A stretch of DNA of 32,000 nt from Candidatus Heimdallarchaeota archaeon (GTDB lineage Archaea; Asgardarchaeota; Heimdallarchaeia; JABLTI01): assembly GCA_030614005.1 (NCBI GenBank), contig JAUWKS010000026.1, forward strand, positions 1 to 32,000, given 5' to 3'. The position numbers were made by a program, and so were the translations under genes. Below, one piece after another: positions 26,786 to 32,000 of this stretch. The first letter of the stretch is position 1, and the number at the start of each line of letters is the position of its first letter. The notes under the pieces are model-generated. The model searched no databases, was not told the origin of the DNA, and saw nothing but the letters and a program-made list of their open reading frames with translations.

Positions 26786-27003
26786 AAAAGAAGTGATATT
26801 GGAGAAACTTGTTGCAAGATCTCTAATAGGGTTCATCTACTTCTTAGCAAACGAAATTTTGAATTTTGTTCATAAAAATGGTTAATTACGGTATTTGTAG
26901 AATAAAGTCTACTTTTATAATATTAATTGACAATCAATATATTGAGAGGATGGGGATTCATTGGTGAAACACAGGGCATCAAAATTAATTCTTGTTATAC
27001 TTG

Positions 27004-27993
27004 TTATATCTTGTCTTTCTTTTTGGAGTTCCTTCTCCATTCTTTATAATAGCGTGATTGTTTCAATAAATAGCTCTTAGCAATAGGCCTGAACAATTTG
27101 GCGAAGAAACTTACTGTTCTTGTTTTACTCTTCATTTCAGAAATAATATCTTCAAATGAATAATGTTGATATTGTAATAGCTCTTGACTTTCATCAGTAT
27201 CCATGAAAGCACAGTGAAAGTCATTGTTTCCAAAAGCTATTTCTGGTAGTTTTCCTATACCCATTGTTGTTAACATCGCACTAATAAATTCCTTATACGT
27301 TAATCTGCAACTTTCTCCACCGGCAATGTGCCAAACTTTATTCCAAATCTCAACTTTCTCGAGAGCATTTACAACTGCTAGTGCTGCATCTTTTAAATGA
27401 ATGAGCTCCATATTTGTATCAAGAGGAACATCAAACATCATCGGATCCATTTTTAGATTGTCTATATTGGGCATAAAACCAAAACGAAAGATAGACCATT
27501 GTAATGATGATTTCAAAATTATTTCTTCAGCTAAAACCTTTTGTTGGGCATAGATGTCATCTGAATTTGGATTTGGAGGTTCATCAGGAGATAAAATGCA
27601 AGTACCTCTTTTTCTTACATCACCATAGACAGCAACAGATGATGGAAAAATCAATTTTGTATTCTGATCTGATTGTTTAATAGCCTCCACAATATTATCT
27701 GTTCCACATACATTGACCTCTCGAGAGTAATCTAAAGAAATAGAATTAAATTTAGGAGGAACAATGGCTGCTAAATGTAAAACCAAATCCTGATTATGAA
27801 CTGCCTTGACTACATCATCAAAATTTCGTATGTCCCCAAATAATATTTCAATTTGATTTCGATATTTTTTAGCAACTTGTTTCGACTTGCGACTGTTTGT
27901 TGAAAAGCACGTTATTATATGATCTGACTTAACTAGTAAATCAAGTATATGTGAACCTAAACTACCAAAAGCTCCAGTAACCAATATTTTCAT
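27004..27993 (-). CDS. NAD(P)-dependent epimerase/dehydratase (extended SDR), paralogue 1
   Basis: TGAFGSLG Rossmann motif, HLAA, SSVAVYG and YAQQK catalytic motif. Confidence 0.92.
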   Translation of the reverse strand: MKILVTGAFGSLGSHILDLLVKSDHIITCFSTNSRKSKQVAKKYRNQIEILFGDIRNFDDVVKAVHNQDLVLHLAAIVPPKFNSISLDYSREVNVCGTDNIVEAIKQSDQNTKLIFPSSVAVYGDVRKRGTCILSPDEPPNPNSDDIYAQQKVLAEEIILKSSLQWSIFRFGFMPNIDNLKMDPMMFDVPLDTNMELIHLKDAALAVVNALEKVEIWNKVWHIAGGESCRLTYKEFISAMLTTMGIGKLPEIAFGNNDFHCAFMDTDESQELLQYQHYSFEDIISEMKSKTRTVSFFAKLFRPIAKSYLLKQSRYYKEWRRNSKKKDKI

Positions 27994-28961
27994 TCTTTGT
28001 CCTCTTGTTTTTTAAGATTTTTTTTATAATACGGTGATTGATGTAATATAAATCTATGAATAATAGGTCTAAGTAATTTAGTAATTGATATTACGAGTTT
28101 ATTATATTTTCTCATATCAGAAATTATATCATCATAAGAATGGTGCTGATAATTTAGTAACTCATTGCTTTCTTCAGAACTCAAAAAGGAGCTATGATAA
28201 ATACTACCACCAAAAGCTTCATCAGGAATTGTCCCAATGCCCATTGCTTTCATTGTTGAATTAACAAAATTGTGATAATTTAACCTGCAATTTGGTCCTC
28301 CAGCAATATGCAATGTTTTATTCCAGATTTTTTCATTGGTTAAACCATTCGCAAATGCTAAACCAACATCAGAAGGATGTAGTAATTCGATATATGTATC
28401 AATTGGCACATCAAACATTTTTGCATCATACATTAACTCCTTTACAGGTGGGATTACTCCGAGAACAAATATCGAATAAGTGAGATCTGATTGTTTTATT
28501 AAATTCATACATTCAACTTTATGTTTTGAGTAATCATCAACTGGGTTTGGTTTTTCATTGGTTCTGATTGGTTGATGCTTATCCCTTGTATCTCCGAATA
28601 TTGCAACTGAAGATGCGAAAATAAGTTTAGGAGGTGTCGCTAGATTTCTTGCTGATTCAATAATATTTTTTGTTCCTGTTACATTTACCTCTGTTGCTTC
28701 CTTTCTGTTTTTATCATTTATTGGTGGCAAAAAATAAGCCAAGTGTATTATCAAATCTATATCCACAACTGCTTTTGAAACATCCTCTTTTTTACAAATA
28801 TCTCCCCAAACAATATCAAATTTTTTTCTAAACCGCTTGGAGTTTTTTTTAGTTTTCTTTGTTTTAATATCAAAACATCGTACATTAAAACCCCTATTTT
28901 CTAGTGACTCCAATATACTGGAACCAATTAAACCGAAGGCACCAGTTATTAATACATTCAT
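27990..28961 (-). CDS. NAD(P)-dependent epimerase/dehydratase (extended SDR), paralogue 2
   Basis: TGAFGLIG, SSVAIFG, YSKHK; 4-nt overlap with paralogue 1. Confidence 0.92.
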   Translation of the reverse strand: MNVLITGAFGLIGSSILESLENRGFNVRCFDIKTKKTKKNSKRFRKKFDIVWGDICKKEDVSKAVVDIDLIIHLAYFLPPINDKNRKEATEVNVTGTKNIIESARNLATPPKLIFASSVAIFGDTRDKHQPIRTNEKPNPVDDYSKHKVECMNLIKQSDLTYSIFVLGVIPPVKELMYDAKMFDVPIDTYIELLHPSDVGLAFANGLTNEKIWNKTLHIAGGPNCRLNYHNFVNSTMKAMGIGTIPDEAFGGSIYHSSFLSSEESNELLNYQHHSYDDIISDMRKYNKLVISITKLLRPIIHRFILHQSPYYKKNLKKQEDKE

Positions 28962-29060
28962 TATAATCCCGGTTTGAATAGATATTCTAATGTATTCCTC
29001 TATTTAGCTTAAAGGTATATTGGAAATTAATCAATTAAATTCATTTTCTCTTTTTGAGTG

Positions 29061-29108
29061 GGTTTAAATAATCGATTAAACCGTTATTATTTACTACTAG
29101 GGTAGTAA
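29061..29108. promoter_or_regulatory. Two tandem inverted repeats in a divergent promoter
   Basis: GGTTTAA-N8-TTAAACC (29061-29082, overlapping TATA-like TTTAAATA) and TTACTAC-TAGG-GTAGTAA (29091-29108). Confidence 0.45.
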
Positions 29109-29120
29109 CTAAAATATTCG

Positions 29121-29906
29121 GTGAAAAAAATGAGTCAAAGTTTTTGTATAAAATGTGGAAATAAACAAAATATCAATACGCAATTCTGCCGCAAATGTGG
29201 CATAGAGGTTCAAAATGACGAACAAAGAAAAGTAACTCAAGTTCAACCAAGAGTTGTTCAAGAACGACATCCATTATTAGAAGTAAGTTTTTTTGGAGTG
29301 TACAAAGATGGAAGAACGTATTTGAATTTACTTTACTTGATACTATTATTCCCATTAGGAATCACATATTTCGTTTATTCAGTAACATGTTTCTCAACTT
29401 TCGTAGGGTTAATCCCAATAATAGTCGGGATCCTTCTTTTGTATTTCTTTCTCATAAGTTTGCCATATCTAATGAATGTTCAATCATGGCTTACAAAAAC
29501 ATTAGTTGGAATTAATAGTCCAATGCAACAAATACACTTTGCTAAAGAAGGAACGACAACAGAAAAAGCTCAGGCATCTCTGAAAAATAAATCGATTTAC
29601 AAGTCATTGCTTTACTTTTTGCTTTTAGCTATGCCATTAGGAATCATCACTTTTACTGTTGCAGTAACATTGATTTCTACATCTCTAGGATTGATGTTTT
29701 CATGGTCGGCATTGATTGTTGAATATGTATTAGAAGGGCAACTCATTACTGTTGACTGGTATCCTATTTTACCCAATTGGATTTGGATTGCGGCACACAT
29801 AATAATTCCATTTATTGGTTTCTATCTGTTAACCGTTTCATTACATATTCTAAACAGAATGGCAATCTTTCATGGAAAACTAGTAAGTAAAATTTTATCT
29901 GAATAA
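29121..29906 (+). CDS. Zinc-ribbon + putative Sensor (PF13796-like) membrane domain protein with no kinase domain
   Basis: FCIKCG-x8-FCRKCG, then TYLNLLYLILLFPLGITYF and YKSLLYFLLLAMPLGIITF repeats typical of the Sensor domain. Possible ATG at 29130. Confidence 0.75.
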   Translation: MKKMSQSFCIKCGNKQNINTQFCRKCGIEVQNDEQRKVTQVQPRVVQERHPLLEVSFFGVYKDGRTYLNLLYLILLFPLGITYFVYSVTCFSTFVGLIPIIVGILLLYFFLISLPYLMNVQSWLTKTLVGINSPMQQIHFAKEGTTTEKAQASLKNKSIYKSLLYFLLLAMPLGIITFTVAVTLISTSLGLMFSWSALIVEYVLEGQLITVDWYPILPNWIWIAAHIIIPFIGFYLLTVSLHILNRMAIFHGKLVSKILSE

Positions 29907-29911
29907 TGTGT

Positions 29912-29934
29912 GAGTAATTGATTACCAATTACTC
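29912..29934. terminator. Perfect 9-bp stem / 5-nt loop hairpin between convergent genes
   Basis: GAGTAATTG-ATTAC-CAATTACTC, overlapping the SDR3 stop. Confidence 0.6.
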
Positions 29935-30912
29935 TTCTTTTTTCTTCCTTCGTTTATTCTTTTTGTAATAAGGAGACAAAGCTAGTAAAGCTGGTTTTAC
30001 AAAAGGTTTGAACATTATTGCTAATCGTCGTTGACTTTGAGCATTAGAGACCATTTCTTGGAGTAGATCATCAAAGGTATGATTTTGGAATTGTAATAAC
30101 TCGTTAAGTTTTACTGTATCGTAGTAACAACAATGAAATGGCTCATCACTAAAAGCTTCATCCGGTAGCATTTCGATACCCATTAAAGGAAGCATTTTTA
30201 TTAAATAATCTTTGTAGATGAATTGACACTTTGCTCCTCCACCTAAATTGAAGGTTTTTCCCCACACTTTTTTGACTTCAATAGCATTTGCTAATGCTAA
30301 ACCGGTATCTTCTGTATGAGTAAACTCTACTGGAGTATCTAAAGGCATCTTAAACATTAAGGGTGTAAGTTTGATTTTCTGTGAATTTGGAATGTAACTT
30401 AATCTGAAAATAGTATACTCCACTCCTGATTCCTTTATGTATTTCTCTGCGTTTAATTTTGTTACCGCATAATGATCTCCAGGGCTTGGATTGTGTTCTA
30501 AATCTTCTTTAACAATAGGTGAGTCCTTATTCCGTACATCTCCATAAATCGCAACAGAAGATGTATAGATTAACTTAGGAGGGTTCTTTTGTACTTTAAT
30601 AGCATCAACAATATTTTTCGTTCCACCAAAATTAACTTGCATTGTATACTCGTTGTTTCGGTTAGCTTTTGGAGGAATTATCGCAGCAACATGCATCACT
30701 AAGTCTTGATCTTGAACGGCTTTCTAATCATTTTTTTTATTTCTGATGTCTGACCAAATGATTCTGATATTACTTTTTTTGAAACGTCTTGCAGTTTGTC
30801 GTGTTTCAAAAGTGCTTTTATCAAAACAAGTTATTTCATATTCTCTTTCTAGAAGGTACTTTAATGTGCTAGCACCAACATTTCCAAATGCGCCTGTTAG
30901 TAGAATTTTCAT
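29929..30912 (-). pseudogene. Extended SDR paralogue 3 interrupted by one in-frame TAG at 30724-30726
   Basis: Tracked ORFs 30724..30912 and 29929..30699 share a frame. The 24-nt gap reads KAVQDQDL, giving ...DIRNKKND*KAVQDQDLVMHVAA..., colinear with the paralogues. TGAFGNVG and YAVTK are intact. Confidence 0.8.
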
Positions 30913-31160
30913 TTTTAGTAAATCCTAATAGTTGTAATAGTTATGATGGATTTATTGAACGAATACTGATTTTTTAATATTATCGCTTTTTTCTAGTAAG
31001 ATAAAGTAATGAAGAAATTATTGAAAAAAACAGCAAGCTAAATAAAATTAGTAAAAATCTAAGAAAAGGTTTTCCAATTTCTAAGTGTTAGTATTTATGT
31101 TTACTTTCTTAGAAAGAATATTTAATACATACCAAGAGAAGAGCATTTAGGGGGATTAAT

Positions 31161-32000
31161 ATGACAAAGAATAAAATTAGAATTTTGGATGTAACAAATA
31201 GAGATGGAGTACAAACTAGTAGATTGGGTTTGTCAAAATTACAAAAAACAATGATAAACATGCTCTTGAATAAAGTAGGCGTTTATCAATCCGAATTTGG
31301 TTTTCCAACAACTAAACACGAAACTAATTACTTGAATGCAAATATCGAGCTCGCTAAATTAGGTGCACTTTCACCTATGATACTTGAAGGATGGATACGA
31401 GCGATAAAAGATGATGTTCTTTTAGCTACAGAACTGACTAAAGTAGAACATCTTAACCTTTCAATTTCTACTTCTAAACAAATGACTGAAGGTAAATTTC
31501 GAGGTAGAGTGTCTCGAGAGGGTATTATCGATATGATGGTTGAAGCGGTAGAAACAGCCAAGGAAAAAGGAATCAAAACAATAGGTGTTAACGCAGAAGA
31601 TTCTTCTCGAACGGATATGGACTATTTATTACAATTTGCTCAAGCTGCAAAAGAAGCAGGTGCAGTACGAATAAGATATTGCGATACTTTGGGCTATGAC
31701 TCTCCTTCACGCATTCGAAAACGATGCCAAACTCTTGCAGAAGAAATACAACTACCAATTGAAACGCATTGTCACAATGACCTTGGAATGGCTGTAGCAA
31801 ATTCAATAGAGGGTGCACTTGGTATCATTGATGGTGGACAAGATGCGTATATCAATACAACAGTGAATGGTATGGGTGAACGTGCTGGAAATGCAGATTT
31901 AGTTTCATGCATTCTTGGAATAAAATATGCGGCAGAACTCGAAGATAGAGATATTCTAGATCCCAATATTAAATTAGACCAAACCTGGAGAATTGCTAAA
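31161..32000 (+). CDS. DRE-TIM metallolyase, Re-citrate synthase/homocitrate synthase type; 3'-truncated and absent from the ORF track
   Basis: Read by hand: MTKNKIRILDVTNRDGVQTSRLGLSK...SEFGFP...GVNAEDSSRTD...YCDTLG...HCHNDLGMAVANS...NGMGERAGNA; open to the window end. Confidence 0.9.
   Translation, partial: MTKNKIRILDVTNRDGVQTSRLGLSKLQKTMINMLLNKVGVYQSEFGFPTTKHETNYLNANIELAKLGALSPMILEGWIRAIKDDVLLATELTKVEHLNLSISTSKQMTEGKFRGRVSREGIIDMMVEAVETAKEKGIKTIGVNAEDSSRTDMDYLLQFAQAAKEAGAVRIRYCDTLGYDSPSRIRKRCQTLAEEIQLPIETHCHNDLGMAVANSIEGALGIIDGGQDAYINTTVNGMGERAGNADLVSCILGIKYAAELEDRDILDPNIKLDQTWRIAK

Noticed and set aside
160-31966. Short antisense or overlapping tracked ORFs (e.g. 160..456, 1864..2235, 6314..6505, 9019..9222, 18524..18763, 19833..20063, 22674..22958, 31328..31966)
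   Set aside because: They are shadows of longer, motif-supported genes on the opposite strand or in another frame.
1-32000. Genome-wide TAG reassignment
   Set aside because: TAG terminates apparently complete genes (5569, 13892), and only one internal TAG was found.

Overview
AT-rich (about 30% GC by eye), gene-dense archaeal chromosome segment, almost certainly from an Asgard archaeon. Support: archaea-specific gatE/gatD, GGTGA/GGAGGT-type ribosome-binding sites, and several eukaryotic-signature proteins (actin-related protein, Arf-like small GTPase, longin/uDENN-like protein, zinc-finger/RING protein, TPR and LRR proteins). Housekeeping and metabolic genes: histidine phosphatase, Asp/Glu racemase, ferritin, GatDE, SagB-type nitroreductase, GNAT, YgeY-type M20 hydrolase, three paralogous extended SDRs, and a DRE-TIM (Re-citrate/homocitrate synthase-type) enzyme running off the right edge. 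There is also a solitary N6-adenine DNA methyltransferase and a MacB/FtsX-type ABC system. Best candidate for an undescribed system: a tight three-gene operon (24051-25933) encoding a longin/uDENN-fold protein, an Arf-like GTPase and a non-rhodopsin 7TM protein with GPCR-like topology. Other oddities: both ABC ATPases have the catalytic Walker-B Glu replaced by Gln; the actin homologue lacks most of subdomain 2 and the P1-loop Asp; a GATOR2-like ZnF-RING module; a 2TM-nucleotidyltransferase fusion; an SDR split by one in-frame TAG; and recurrent 9-bp-stem/5-nt-loop hairpins at gene ends. No rRNA, tRNA, CRISPR array or IS element was recognised. All family assignments come from motif recognition by eye, not from database searches.
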